From a virus: a stretch of 64,000 nucleotides of DNA. Location of the stretch: IMG/VR virus record IMGVR_UViG_3300045988_039444; one strand, given 5' to 3'. Below the pieces are notes generated by a model. The model was not told the DNA's origin and did not search any database. It saw only the letters and a list, made by a program, of their open reading frames with translations. Made by a program: the position numbers and the translations under genes. Below are positions 16,174 to 26,353 of the stretch, one piece after another. Position 1 is the stretch's first letter; every line of letters starts with the position of its first letter.

Positions 16174-18636
16174 ATGAATAATGCTTATGAATATGATGTA
16201 GAGATATATCCTAATCTATTTGAAGTTACTTTTATACCTAAAACAGCAGACCAAAAACTTATCGACGTTTATAAAGCTGTTGATATAAGATGTCTTGCTA
16301 TTAAAAATGGTAAAGAAGGTAATCTTGAAGAACTGAAAGAAGCAAAGGCTAAATTGTTATTAGCAATGGGTGCTAAACAATTTGTTATTTGGATTGATTA
16401 TACTACTGGTAAGTGGAGAAATGATGGGCCACTTATTATGGATTTCTTTATTCAACATAAAATTCTTACTGGTTATAACAGTAATAATTATGATAAAATT
16501 ATGTTGGATATTTTTATTAATAATTATAAATATCTTGATGTAAAAGGTTTTAATAAGAAAGAAAGTAAACATATTACACAAATTCTATATGACCATAGTT
16601 GCGCTTGTGTAGATTTTGGTAAAGGATATAGTCGTTTACTTAATTTCAAGAAATATTACAAACGTCCTTTTACTGATTATGATATTCAAAAGATTCTTTA
16701 TCTTGATAAGACTTATACCAGTCTTAAACAAGTTGCTATTTGCTTAAAATGGTATCGTATTCAGAATCTACCGATTGCTTATAATTGTAGAATTAGAGAA
16801 GAGGATATTTATGATATTTGTGATTATAATGTAAATGATGTTCTTATTACATTAGAACTGGAACGTAGTCAAAAGGCTGAAATTGAACTACGAGAAGATA
16901 TATCTGAAGAGTTTGGAATTGATGTTCGTAATATGTCAAGAAGTTCTATTGGTAAAGCTATTACTACATCTCTTTATGAGAAGTTTAGCGGTATTGATAG
17001 AAAAGATTTTATGGATACTAAGACTGATAGATGGAAAATTAAAGTTTCCAGTATATTAAGTCCTAAACTTAAATTTCAAACTAAAATTCTCAATGATTTA
17101 CTTCGTACTGTTGCACAATCTACTATCGTTGTAGGTAGTACAAAAGATGAAGATAAATTTAAGCACGAGTTTCAATTTGGTGATGCGGTATATACTATGG
17201 CTTTAGGTGGTTTACATAGTCAAGATAAACCGGGATTAATAATTGCAGATGGATTTAGTTTACGTGATGCGGATGTTAGTAGTTTCTATCCTAATGGTAT
17301 TCTTAGTTATGATGTTTATCCCGAACATCTCGAAAGAAATCCTTTCAGAGCTACTGTCGGTTATACAAAAGATAGTCGAATTGAAGCTAAACATCTTAGC
17401 AGTAAATTAATGAAAGAAGCTAAGAAAGTATTAAATGAATATCAAATTGCTAAAAATCAAAATCGAGTTGATGCTGAAGAATTAAATACTAAATATCATG
17501 AATTATTAGCAGAAAGTAAACGTCATAAAATTAAGGCTGAAGGTCTTAAGATTGCTATCAACAGAATGTATGGTGCATTTAGAGATATAAATGATTATCT
17601 TTATGACCCTAAATGTACTTATAAAGTTACTATAAATCTACAACTTTGTCTTTTAATGCTTATTGAAGCATTGGAACTCAAAGGTATTAAAGTTATATCT
17701 GCTAATACTGATGGCATTGTTTGTATCATCAAACCTGAACAAGAAGGTGATTATAAAACTTGTTGTGATTGGTGGCAAGAATATAACAATTTTGAACTTG
17801 AATTTACTAATTATGAAAAATATCTTCGTAATGATGTAAATAATTATATTGCTGTTAAAGAAGGTTTTCAAGATGCTTATGATAAATTAATTGATAAAAC
17901 GCCAGAAGCGATAGCTGAACTTGAAGATATTTATATTAAACGTAAAGGTCTTTTTATTGAAACTATTGCTTTTAATAAAGGTTATGCTTATCCAGTTGTT
18001 CCAAAAGCTCTTAACCTATTTCTTTTATATAATGTTCCTTATGCTGATACTATAAAAAATCATATTCATAGTAGCAAAGAAGCTATTTATGATTATTGTA
18101 TTAGTCAAAAGACTGATGCTAAATTCAATATTATATATCGCAGTATTGTAAACGGTGAACTTCATGATGAAGAACTTCAAAAATCTAATCGTTTCTATAT
18201 TGCTGATGTATCTTATTGTAGTGGAACTATTATAAAAATTGATAAAAATAAACCAAGTAAAATCAATCGAATTGTAGCTAAATGTAGTGTTCGTCCTTTT
18301 AACGATTATGTTGAGGAAGATGATTATCATATAGATTTTAGTTATTATAAAAAAGAATGTGCTAAGATTCTATATGGTAAAAATAAGAAAACTGCTGGTA
18401 TGGTTGCGGTTCAAGGTGATTTATTTGGTGCTATGTCTAATAATAAACATTTAGAGCCTATTGAAAGTCCTGAAGAAGATGGTTTGTTTGAAGTTGATTT
18501 TGAAGATGACAATGTATCGTTTATTAATCCTGCTAATGACATCCCTATTAACAATACTATTTGGGGTATGTATGGTTTTTCAAGTGAGGAAGAATATAAA
18601 CGTGCAATAGAAAATGGAGATGATTTACCTTTTTAA
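16174..18636 (+). CDS. family B DNA polymerase with 3'-5' exonuclease domain
   Basis: Exo I YDVEIYPNLFE (DxE); pol motif A DVSSFYPNGIL (DxxSLYPS); motif B KIAINRMYGAF (KxxxNSxYG); motif C ISANTDGIV (YxDTDS). Confidence 0.8.
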   Translation: MNNAYEYDVEIYPNLFEVTFIPKTADQKLIDVYKAVDIRCLAIKNGKEGNLEELKEAKAKLLLAMGAKQFVIWIDYTTGKWRNDGPLIMDFFIQHKILTGYNSNNYDKIMLDIFINNYKYLDVKGFNKKESKHITQILYDHSCACVDFGKGYSRLLNFKKYYKRPFTDYDIQKILYLDKTYTSLKQVAICLKWYRIQNLPIAYNCRIREEDIYDICDYNVNDVLITLELERSQKAEIELREDISEEFGIDVRNMSRSSIGKAITTSLYEKFSGIDRKDFMDTKTDRWKIKVSSILSPKLKFQTKILNDLLRTVAQSTIVVGSTKDEDKFKHEFQFGDAVYTMALGGLHSQDKPGLIIADGFSLRDADVSSFYPNGILSYDVYPEHLERNPFRATVGYTKDSRIEAKHLSSKLMKEAKKVLNEYQIAKNQNRVDAEELNTKYHELLAESKRHKIKAEGLKIAINRMYGAFRDINDYLYDPKCTYKVTINLQLCLLMLIEALELKGIKVISANTDGIVCIIKPEQEGDYKTCCDWWQEYNNFELEFTNYEKYLRNDVNNYIAVKEGFQDAYDKLIDKTPEAIAELEDIYIKRKGLFIETIAFNKGYAYPVVPKALNLFLLYNVPYADTIKNHIHSSKEAIYDYCISQKTDAKFNIIYRSIVNGELHDEELQKSNRFYIADVSYCSGTIIKIDKNKPSKINRIVAKCSVRPFNDYVEEDDYHIDFSYYKKECAKILYGKNKKTAGMVAVQGDLFGAMSNNKHLEPIESPEEDGLFEVDFEDDNVSFINPANDIPINNTIWGMYGFSSEEEYKRAIENGDDLPF

Positions 18637-18648
18637 TAAAATACTAAT

Positions 18649-18963
18649 ATGAATGGTGACCTTGTATATCATGAAGTTGATGGTCTTGCAATAGCTGATA
18701 TTAAACCAGTTAATGTTAAAAATCACAGAGTTGGTTTGCGTGTAGCTAAGTTTACAAGAGAGGGAAAGTATATAACTACTTATGCTTCTACTAAAGACGC
18801 TGCTAATGCTCTAACTATTGAGCTAAAAAAAACAAATCCTAAACACGCTTATTACGCTATTGTTAAGGCTTGTACTCCTAAAGGTAATTCTAAAACTGCT
18901 TATGGTTATCAATGGAGATATATTAGTCATGATGGTGGTATTGTAAAGCGTGATTGTGATTGA
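18649..18963 (+). CDS. hypothetical protein with a GYxWRY motif
   Basis: The C-terminal stretch AANALTIELKK...TAYGYQWRYISHDGG is reminiscent of DNA-binding domains found in homing-endonuclease-associated proteins (weak). Confidence 0.45.
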   Translation: MNGDLVYHEVDGLAIADIKPVNVKNHRVGLRVAKFTREGKYITTYASTKDAANALTIELKKTNPKHAYYAIVKACTPKGNSKTAYGYQWRYISHDGGIVKRDCD

Positions 18964-18969
18964 TGTGTT

Positions 18970-19137
18970 ATGCACGAATTTGATGAAATTTGTTATGGTA
19001 AAACAGTAGAGGAATTACAAAAGGAAATGCTTTTTCAAATGCACTTTGGTAATTGTGAAATGCTAACACAATATATTATGGATTGTATTGAAAGACTTAA
19101 ACGTGAAAATGCTCCTACTGTTTATTGGAGATATTAG
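18970..19137 (+). CDS. possible small protein (55 aa)
   Basis: ATG at 18970 (MHEFDEICYGKTVEELQKEM...) runs to TAG at 19135-19137. It fills the gap before 19141. Confidence 0.3.
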   Translation: MHEFDEICYGKTVEELQKEMLFQMHFGNCEMLTQYIMDCIERLKRENAPTVYWRY

Positions 19138-19140
19138 AGT

Positions 19141-20616
19141 ATGGATAAGTCCGAAAGACAAGAAATATCTTGTAATAAATGGCGTGATGCCAAAGGTCGA
19201 GGTACTCTAAATCTTATAATGAGATTTGGAAAAACACGAGTAGCAGCTATGATTGTTGGTAAGCTGGTTAAAGCTAATCCTAATCGAACAATTATGGCTA
19301 TCGCTCCAAATGCTGTAACTACTAAAAATCTTGTTGATAATCTTACTGAATTTTGTCCAAAAGAACAATGGATTGATATAATGAGTAGTAATACTCTTAT
19401 TAATCATGTAAATAAACTTAAAATAGAACGAAAACTTCCTATTAAAGTTGATTTACTAATTCTTGATGAAGTTCATAAGTTATTACAAGGTGAAACTCTT
19501 ATAGCTATTAAAAATATAGAGTATAAATTTATTCTATGTCTTACTGGTTCTACATTAAATAAAACTCAGTTATCTATTCTTAATGAATTAGGTGCTCCAG
19601 TAATTGATAAAATTACTGAGATTGAAGCTGTATCGCAAGGTTGGATTTCAAATAGCACAGAATATAATTTAGCTATTGAACTTGATGAACATGACAAAAT
19701 TAGATATGCTAAATATTCTGATATGATTTCTGAAACTCTTGAAACATTTGGTGGATTACATAAAGTGATTAATCAAGAGTTTCGTAATAAAGTTTTTGAC
19801 AGTGATTTTGCATTAGTTCTTGCATCTTTTACTGGTTATAATTATAAAGATAGAAATGGTAGTAGTACTTTTATTAAACCTACTGTTATTCGTAATATGT
19901 TAGCTTCATTAATGGGTTGGACTCGTGATATGCCACTCGATAATGATTATAATAAACGAATTAATAATCTTTGGAATCCCGATAATATTTACGAACGTGC
20001 TAAAAAGTTTAAGGACTTTGTTAGACAGCGTAATGATATTTTAATTCATAACAGACCTAAAATTAATGCTGTTATTGAAATTCTTAAAACTAATAGCGTT
20101 CCTACTATATGTTTTAATGAATCAATAGCTATGGTTACTGATTTAGCTGATTATTTCAGTAAAGACGGTATTCCTTTTCATAGTGCTATTGAAAGTAGGT
20201 ATGTAATTAATCCTGAAACTGGTGTTCCATATACTTATAAGAATGGTGAACCTAAACGATTAGGTAAAACTTCTCTTAAAAAGTTAGCTATTGAAGGGAT
20301 TAAGAATGGTACTTATAAATATTTATTTACTGCACAAAGTCTTAACGAGGGTTTAACGATAGAAAATATCGAACAAGTCATAACGACTGGTGGTAGTTGT
20401 AATTCTAATACTCACGGACAACGTGTCGCACGAGGTAAGACTTATAATTACATGAATCCTAATAAGAATTGTGTTATTATTAATCTTTACATTGATGATT
20501 TCAAAATTGGTGATAAAGATGTTAGGTCAAGGGACAAACAGAAGTTAATCCAGCGTCAACAAGATTCCGAGAATGTTCCGATATGGGTTAATGATATTAG
20601 TGAAATTTTCGGTTAA
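19141..20616 (+). CDS. SF2 DNA/RNA helicase (DEAH-box, UvsW/Res-subunit-like)
   Basis: Walker A MRFGKT, DEVH box LILDEVHKL, motif III LTGST, motif VI HGQRVARGKT. Confidence 0.75.
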   Translation: MDKSERQEISCNKWRDAKGRGTLNLIMRFGKTRVAAMIVGKLVKANPNRTIMAIAPNAVTTKNLVDNLTEFCPKEQWIDIMSSNTLINHVNKLKIERKLPIKVDLLILDEVHKLLQGETLIAIKNIEYKFILCLTGSTLNKTQLSILNELGAPVIDKITEIEAVSQGWISNSTEYNLAIELDEHDKIRYAKYSDMISETLETFGGLHKVINQEFRNKVFDSDFALVLASFTGYNYKDRNGSSTFIKPTVIRNMLASLMGWTRDMPLDNDYNKRINNLWNPDNIYERAKKFKDFVRQRNDILIHNRPKINAVIEILKTNSVPTICFNESIAMVTDLADYFSKDGIPFHSAIESRYVINPETGVPYTYKNGEPKRLGKTSLKKLAIEGIKNGTYKYLFTAQSLNEGLTIENIEQVITTGGSCNSNTHGQRVARGKTYNYMNPNKNCVIINLYIDDFKIGDKDVRSRDKQKLIQRQQDSENVPIWVNDISEIFG

Positions 20617-20659
20617 TTTCTTGCTATTTTCTTTGGTGATACAATTATAATTACTATAT

Positions 20660-21637
20660 TTGCGTATGGATAAACCACAAATGAAGCCAGTCGAAAAGAC
20701 TGATGAAGATGTGAGTGGTGCTCTTGTTAATACAAGAAGTAAAAATGGAAGTGTTGCTTTAGCTATTAATCAAATTAATTCATTTGAACAAGCTGAAGCA
20801 TTAGCAGATTGGATTGCTCAAAGTCCTGTTTTTAATAAAGGATTTAAGGAGCAAGTTCAGAAAGAAGATGGAACGAGTGAACTTGTAGTTAATAAGAGTG
20901 CGATTGTTACATGTTTGCTGTTAGGTAATGAACTCGGTTTTACTCCTATGGTAAGTGTTACATTTGGTAAGACACTTGATAGGGAAGCAGCAATCAAAGT
21001 TGAACGTGGGCGGTCTATGGGACTTAATCCTATGGCTGCTATGCAAAACATTTACGTTTTTAGTACTTCTCAAGCAGAGATAGTATATACTGGTATTCAT
21101 GTTGTTAATAAAGTCCTTACTGATGCCGGTATTAAACGTAAGATTCTTGAAGATGGAACTAAACCTTTTTACATATATAGATATTGTAAAAAGGAACTTG
21201 CAAATGAACTTGTTGATTATAACAAAGAAACGAAAGATGATTTTGTTGTAATTAATGATGGTCATACTGCTGATTATATTGATAAACAAGTACAAGAAGG
21301 TAAAATTCCAATTATTAGGTATGCTACTCGTCGAGCTCTTGTAGAACTTACTCGTGGTGATGAGAGTATTGCAATACCTTATACTTTACAACAAGCTATT
21401 GATGCAGGTTTGTACATTGGTACTAAATCTGACGGTACTGAAAGTAAAGGTAAAGCTAATTGGAACGCCCATCCGGAAACTCATCTTATTAAAATGTCTA
21501 TCATGCTTGGTGGTAGAATTATTGCAAGTGATAAGTTAAATGGAATTTACGTTGATAGTGAATTACATCAAGCTGTATCTATTGCAAACCGTCAAGCTGA
21601 AGATACTGAATTTGAAGAAGTTCCTGTTACAGAATAA
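20660..21637 (+). CDS. hypothetical protein (possible recombination/replication accessory)
   Basis: 325-aa ORF between the helicase and the SSB-like gene. Confidence 0.55.
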   Translation: MRMDKPQMKPVEKTDEDVSGALVNTRSKNGSVALAINQINSFEQAEALADWIAQSPVFNKGFKEQVQKEDGTSELVVNKSAIVTCLLLGNELGFTPMVSVTFGKTLDREAAIKVERGRSMGLNPMAAMQNIYVFSTSQAEIVYTGIHVVNKVLTDAGIKRKILEDGTKPFYIYRYCKKELANELVDYNKETKDDFVVINDGHTADYIDKQVQEGKIPIIRYATRRALVELTRGDESIAIPYTLQQAIDAGLYIGTKSDGTESKGKANWNAHPETHLIKMSIMLGGRIIASDKLNGIYVDSELHQAVSIANRQAEDTEFEEVPVTE

Positions 21638-21703
21638 AGTAATGCAAATCTATCATTAATCTATCATTCATAAAATATTCATAAATTAAAACAAATTACA
21701 ATT

Positions 21704-22339
21704 ATGAAAAAGTCTGTTTTTTCTGCTGCTAAACTTGCTGGTCTGACCGCTGTAAACCGTGGTACGAAGTCGTCGAATGATATTCGTCCGGCAATTACTA
21801 CTGCTCGTGGTATGAATAAGTTTACGATGAATGCTTCGGCTTCTGCACTTATTGGTTGTGGTCATGGCGACCGTGTTGTTATGTTTGCTATGCCTAATGC
21901 TGATTCGATTAATGAGCGTTTCTTTATTGCTCTTTCGGCAGGTAGCGAAGGTTGCAAACTTGCAAGTGCTGGTAACACGAAAGGTACTGGTCGTCCTCAG
22001 TCGTTTAATTACGCTGGTGTTTGGTCGCAGATGCTTATGCAGGATAAGGATGCTGCTCCCGTAGGTGAGCGTGTTCTTGCTGATAAGGGTCTTATGGAAG
22101 AGGTTGAAACTCAGAAAGGCCGTGACGGTAAGATGTGTACTGCTGTTCTTGCTACCAAGCGAGTTGAGTATGGTGTTGAGGAAGTTAAGGACGAGAATGG
22201 TGAGTTTATTCCTGTTGAGGTTGGTGATACTATCTATGAGAAAGTCTATGTGCTTGTAGACCCGAAAGAGGTAACGCTGGAGGACGAGAAGCAGGAAGAG
22301 GAAACCGTAGCTCCTGCCGAGCCGGAAGCCGAGTTGTAA
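21704..22339 (+). CDS. putative single-stranded DNA-binding protein (acidic C-terminal tail)
   Basis: 211 aa with a C-terminal tail EDEKQEEETVAPAEPEAEL typical of SSBs. GC-enriched, highly-expressed-type codon usage. Conserved upstream motif. Confidence 0.4.
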   Translation: MKKSVFSAAKLAGLTAVNRGTKSSNDIRPAITTARGMNKFTMNASASALIGCGHGDRVVMFAMPNADSINERFFIALSAGSEGCKLASAGNTKGTGRPQSFNYAGVWSQMLMQDKDAAPVGERVLADKGLMEEVETQKGRDGKMCTAVLATKRVEYGVEEVKDENGEFIPVEVGDTIYEKVYVLVDPKEVTLEDEKQEEETVAPAEPEAEL

Positions 22340-22384
22340 TTGTTAATACCTAAAAGTATTTAACAAATCTATCATTTGCTATCA

Positions 22385-22425
22385 TTATAAAAAGAGGAGT
22401 TATTGAATAAGTAGCTCCTCTTTTT
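22385..22425 (+). terminator. intrinsic terminator
   Basis: AAAGAGGAG-(loop)-CTCCTCTTTTT. Confidence 0.7.
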
Positions 22426-22458
22426 AGTCTAATAACTTAAAGTACTTTAATTATTATT

Positions 22459-23271
22459 ATGGCAGACACAAGTAAATCGAAAGTTAGTTCGACAACATTA
22501 ATGTTTGAAGAAGAGGTTGTTGAACGGAGATTAGCTTTTAAGCCCGACCCTGAACTTGGTAATCTTTGTATGGGTATTATTAACGATGTTCGTATTGATA
22601 TTCGTGAAGTACCTTTGCTGGATGATAAAGGTGTCGAAAGTACATGGGAATATGCTGGTTGTAAATTCCCCGTACTTGTTATCGAATTTAAGCAGTGTAA
22701 AACTGACGCAAATCCGAAAGACCGTTATTATACATTTACTGCTAAACCGGTTACTACTCTTAATAAGAAAGGTGAGCCTGTTGAAGAAAAGACTGTTATT
22801 AATATTATTCAGCAGGTATATGGACAGCTTCGTCATATCGCAAATCAGTTTAAGGGTCTTAAAGGTTATCCGGTTAATGCTGGTAAGTGTCCGGGACTCG
22901 ATTATGCTGCTCCTGCAAAGGTTCGTTGTGAACAGTATCTTGCTTTCTTTGAATATTTCAAACATCTCCTTGTTGGTGATGATGAGAAAAATCCTATTTA
23001 TAAGAATGTAAAACTGTTCATGAAACTTGTTGCAGATTATAACACGCATAAGTTCTTAGCTTTTCCTTCGTTTGTTAATCGTGGATTTGTTGAACGTGTT
23101 ATTCCCGGTCAAAGTCCGTCGATTGAATTTGAAGCTGGTGAAACAATTCATCTTGCAAAAGATGATACTCCGAAAAATCGTGAAGCTGCCGCAGGTGCTC
23201 CTGCTCCCGCTCCCGGTGCTACTGTTGTTTCGTCGGATATTCAGAACATTCTTGATAGGTACTCGAAGTAG
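22459..23271 (+). CDS. hypothetical protein (GC-enriched, probably highly expressed)
   Basis: 270-aa ORF with a C-terminal Ala/Pro-rich tail. Confidence 0.6.
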   Translation: MADTSKSKVSSTTLMFEEEVVERRLAFKPDPELGNLCMGIINDVRIDIREVPLLDDKGVESTWEYAGCKFPVLVIEFKQCKTDANPKDRYYTFTAKPVTTLNKKGEPVEEKTVINIIQQVYGQLRHIANQFKGLKGYPVNAGKCPGLDYAAPAKVRCEQYLAFFEYFKHLLVGDDEKNPIYKNVKLFMKLVADYNTHKFLAFPSFVNRGFVERVIPGQSPSIEFEAGETIHLAKDDTPKNREAAAGAPAPAPGATVVSSDIQNILDRYSK

Positions 23272-23304
23272 TATTTATCATATTACTAAAACAGGAACTT
23301 GTAA

Positions 23305-23350
23305 AGGAGGTAATGGAGGTAAAACTCTATTATCTCCTTCTTTTTTGGGT
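23305..23350 (+). terminator. possible intrinsic terminator
   Basis: GGAGG...CTCC hairpin followed by TTCTTTTTTG. Confidence 0.4.
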
Positions 23351-23469
23351 AATGCTAAAATTAGACTTGTTGTTATACCGTATTTTTGGCCGATTTCCTT
23401 TGATTTGACAGACTGTATTTAATAGACGTATATCAGTATAGGTCAGGTAAATACACGCGGCCAGAAACG

Positions 23470-23550
23470 TTGCCAGTGGGCGTGCAACCTGCTCCCCCAC
23501 CGGGTAGCGGAGCGCTGGGCGAAGCCCAGCAGCGAAGCCCAGCAAGTTAC
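23470..23550. repeat. GC-rich element copy 6 (F orientation; core + GCTGGGC-GAA-GCCCAGC hairpin)
   Basis: Core at 23476-23504. It forms the false N-terminal extension of track ORF 23470. Confidence 0.9.
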
Positions 23551-23562
23551 ACTACTGATTAC

Positions 23563-24582
23563 ATGAAAGATTTTATACTCAATACACTTGACCAAGTTAC
23601 AATATTTAGTAAATATTTTGGTATTCCCGAAGATGTAATCCGATTTAACATTAGTAGTCCTAATGATAGAATACGAAATCCTTTAAGAAATGATAAACAT
23701 CCTTCATTATCTTTTAAGTATTATGGTGATAAACTGATATGTAGAGATTTTGGTGATGGTAGATTTAGAGGTGATATATTTGAAGTTGTAGGTTATATTA
23801 TTAATAAGAATTGTAAAACAAGTGAAGGGTTTGTGTATATATGTAATGACATAATTCTTCGTTGTTCTGATAAGATTGTTACTAATATTGAATTTAATCG
23901 AACTGAACAAGAACATATTAAGAATCAAAATCTTGAAATTACTTTTGATGTTCGTAAACCAAATAAGTTAGATTATATTTATTGGGAACAATATGGTATT
24001 AAGAAAAGTAATCTAAATACAAAAGTATTTATTGTTGATAGATATAGACTTAATGAGTGGCAAACACCTTATCGTTATAGTGGCACTGACCCTTGTTATG
24101 TTTATAATGTTAATCCAAATAAGTATAAACTTTATTTTCCAAAAAGACTTAAAAGTCAAACTAAGTTTATTACTAATAATCGTTGTCCTATTGAGTGTTT
24201 ACATCAACTTAAACCAACGAATTATATTGCTCTTATAAAAGGTTATAAAGATAAAATACTTTTTGAACAAATTTGTGATGAGAAAGGTATTAATGATATT
24301 TTGTTTATACCTGCTGCTTCTGAAACTATCGTATTACCTACTGACATTTACAAGTTATTGGTGTCATACTCTTTAAGCGGAAAGATATTTACTATTTTCG
24401 ATACTGATGCTGCTGGAATTAATGCAGCTCATCTACTACAAGGTAGATATAATACTATTCCAATTTATTTTACGAATAATTATAAATCTAAAGACCCATC
24501 TGATATGGTTAAAGATTATGGTTATCGTAAAGTATTCCAACATTTTGATAATGTTCTAAAAAAGATTTATTATGGAGATTAA
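23563..24582 (+). CDS. TOPRIM-domain protein (primase-like)
   Basis: DTDAAG (DxDxxG) preceded by a conserved Glu (AASE). Start moved to MKDFILNT after the repeat. Confidence 0.4.
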   Translation: MKDFILNTLDQVTIFSKYFGIPEDVIRFNISSPNDRIRNPLRNDKHPSLSFKYYGDKLICRDFGDGRFRGDIFEVVGYIINKNCKTSEGFVYICNDIILRCSDKIVTNIEFNRTEQEHIKNQNLEITFDVRKPNKLDYIYWEQYGIKKSNLNTKVFIVDRYRLNEWQTPYRYSGTDPCYVYNVNPNKYKLYFPKRLKSQTKFITNNRCPIECLHQLKPTNYIALIKGYKDKILFEQICDEKGINDILFIPAASETIVLPTDIYKLLVSYSLSGKIFTIFDTDAAGINAAHLLQGRYNTIPIYFTNNYKSKDPSDMVKDYGYRKVFQHFDNVLKKIYYGD

Positions 24583-25021
24583 AATCAAAAACTATCTTAT
24601 CAATACTCTTGATAATGGTAATAAGATTTATCTTTGTCCTATGGATGAAGAAACTTATACGAGATTAATGAATGATTTTTCTCGTTTATCTGACCAATCA
24701 AGTATCAATCGATTTGTGGATAAATATGGTTTCAAACATACACAAATCATTCTTGATGGTGATACTTATATTAGCGCTAATGATAAAGAAACATTAGAAG
24801 CTATCAATCCTATTCTTTCGCGTATTCTCCCACATCCTAAAACTATTAAGAATCCTCTTAATAATAAGATTGAAAGGTCATATAAATGTTTTTGTGCTAA
24901 GCCACTTAATCTTACAGATATGACTGAACATAAGACTCCTCTTGAAAGTTGGAATTGTCTTATGATTCGTATTGGAGAACCACAATACGCTATTGTTGTT
25001 GAAGAAAAAGTTAAAAAATAA
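24572..25021 (+). CDS. hypothetical protein
   Basis: 149-aa ORF that overlaps the upstream stop. Confidence 0.5.
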   Translation: MEIKIKNYLINTLDNGNKIYLCPMDEETYTRLMNDFSRLSDQSSINRFVDKYGFKHTQIILDGDTYISANDKETLEAINPILSRILPHPKTIKNPLNNKIERSYKCFCAKPLNLTDMTEHKTPLESWNCLMIRIGEPQYAIVVEEKVKK

Positions 25022-25024
25022 GAT

Positions 25025-26353
25025 ATGATTCCTAATGAAGTTTTATATAAACGAGATTTAACTGGCGGTTTAGTTCGTTGGTGGGGTCGAGTTGAAAAAG
25101 TTACTAATTCTGACGGTACAGTATCTCTACGATTAGCTTATTATTATGGTAAAGTAAATGGTGCTGAAACATCATCTTATTCTCCTGTAATTAAAGCTAA
25201 GAGTAAGAAAACTGATAGAGAACAAGCTGAATTTGAGCTTAAAAGTGTTTACGAAAGACATAAGAAACAAGGATATAAAAGTCTTTCTGATTTAGGTATT
25301 AGTCCTTTAGATTATCTTACTAATGCAGATGATTTATTTGCAGAAATAGATAAGATATTACCTAAATATAATACTGATGCAAATAATTGTGTTAAACCTA
25401 TGAAAGCACAAAAATTTGCCATTGGTAAGTTTGATTATCCTTGTATTGCTCAACCTAAAATTAATGGTGTTCGAGCAGTTGTTATGCTTGAAGAATTTAC
25501 ACCTACTGATTTATTCAGTCTTGAAGGTTTTGTTCGTGATGATAAACATTATCATACTGTAATTAAAACTAAAGAAGGTCTTACTTATCGTATTTGGCAT
25601 ATTGAGCAACTATTTAATGATTTTTATAATAGTTTTCCTGAATATGCTAATATGGTATTTGATGGTGAGATTTATATTCGTGGTGAGAAAGTAACAAGCA
25701 TTGGTGGAGCTGCTCGTAATCCTCGAAATCCTATCCATGAAAAACTTCAATTTGTTAATTTTGATTTAAGTATTCCCGATTTAACTAATAAAGACCGTGA
25801 TAAATTAAGGTTTAGTGTTTGGGAAGAATATCGTAGTAAGAAAAGTAGTGTATCTCATAATGTAATGACTGGTAGAATTTGGGAAAATTTAACTCCCGAA
25901 GGTCATGGTATGTGGGATAAATTTAATCTTATTATTCTTAATAGTGATACTATTTATGATGATAATCAAGCGTTAGCTTATATGCAAAGATGCATTGATT
26001 GTGGCTTTGAAGGAGCCATAATTAGAGATTTGCATACTGAATATAAATTTGGTTCTCGTCCTGCTACAATGATGAAACTCAAAAAGTTCGACGATGCTGA
26101 ATTTGAATGTATTGGTGTTGAACACACTGGAAATCCTGATGATAAAATAGGATTTAATGTTAGATTAGTTCTCAAGAACGATATTAATGATTTAGTATTT
26201 AGTTGTACTTTAACTGGTACTGTTAATGAACGATTAGATATTCTTAATAATCCACCTATCGGAAAGTCTGTAACTGTTAAGTTCTATGAAAGAACTAAAA
26301 ATGGTTTACCTTTCCATGCAAACGTTGTTGGAATTAGAGATTATGAAAAGTGA
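25025..26353 (+). CDS. ATP-dependent polynucleotide (DNA) ligase
   Basis: Nucleotidyltransferase motifs: I KINGVR (Asn in place of the usual Asp), III FDGEIYI, IV EGAIIRD, V MMKLKK. Confidence 0.65.
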   Translation: MIPNEVLYKRDLTGGLVRWWGRVEKVTNSDGTVSLRLAYYYGKVNGAETSSYSPVIKAKSKKTDREQAEFELKSVYERHKKQGYKSLSDLGISPLDYLTNADDLFAEIDKILPKYNTDANNCVKPMKAQKFAIGKFDYPCIAQPKINGVRAVVMLEEFTPTDLFSLEGFVRDDKHYHTVIKTKEGLTYRIWHIEQLFNDFYNSFPEYANMVFDGEIYIRGEKVTSIGGAARNPRNPIHEKLQFVNFDLSIPDLTNKDRDKLRFSVWEEYRSKKSSVSHNVMTGRIWENLTPEGHGMWDKFNLIILNSDTIYDDNQALAYMQRCIDCGFEGAIIRDLHTEYKFGSRPATMMKLKKFDDAEFECIGVEHTGNPDDKIGFNVRLVLKNDINDLVFSCTLTGTVNERLDILNNPPIGKSVTVKFYERTKNGLPFHANVVGIRDYEK

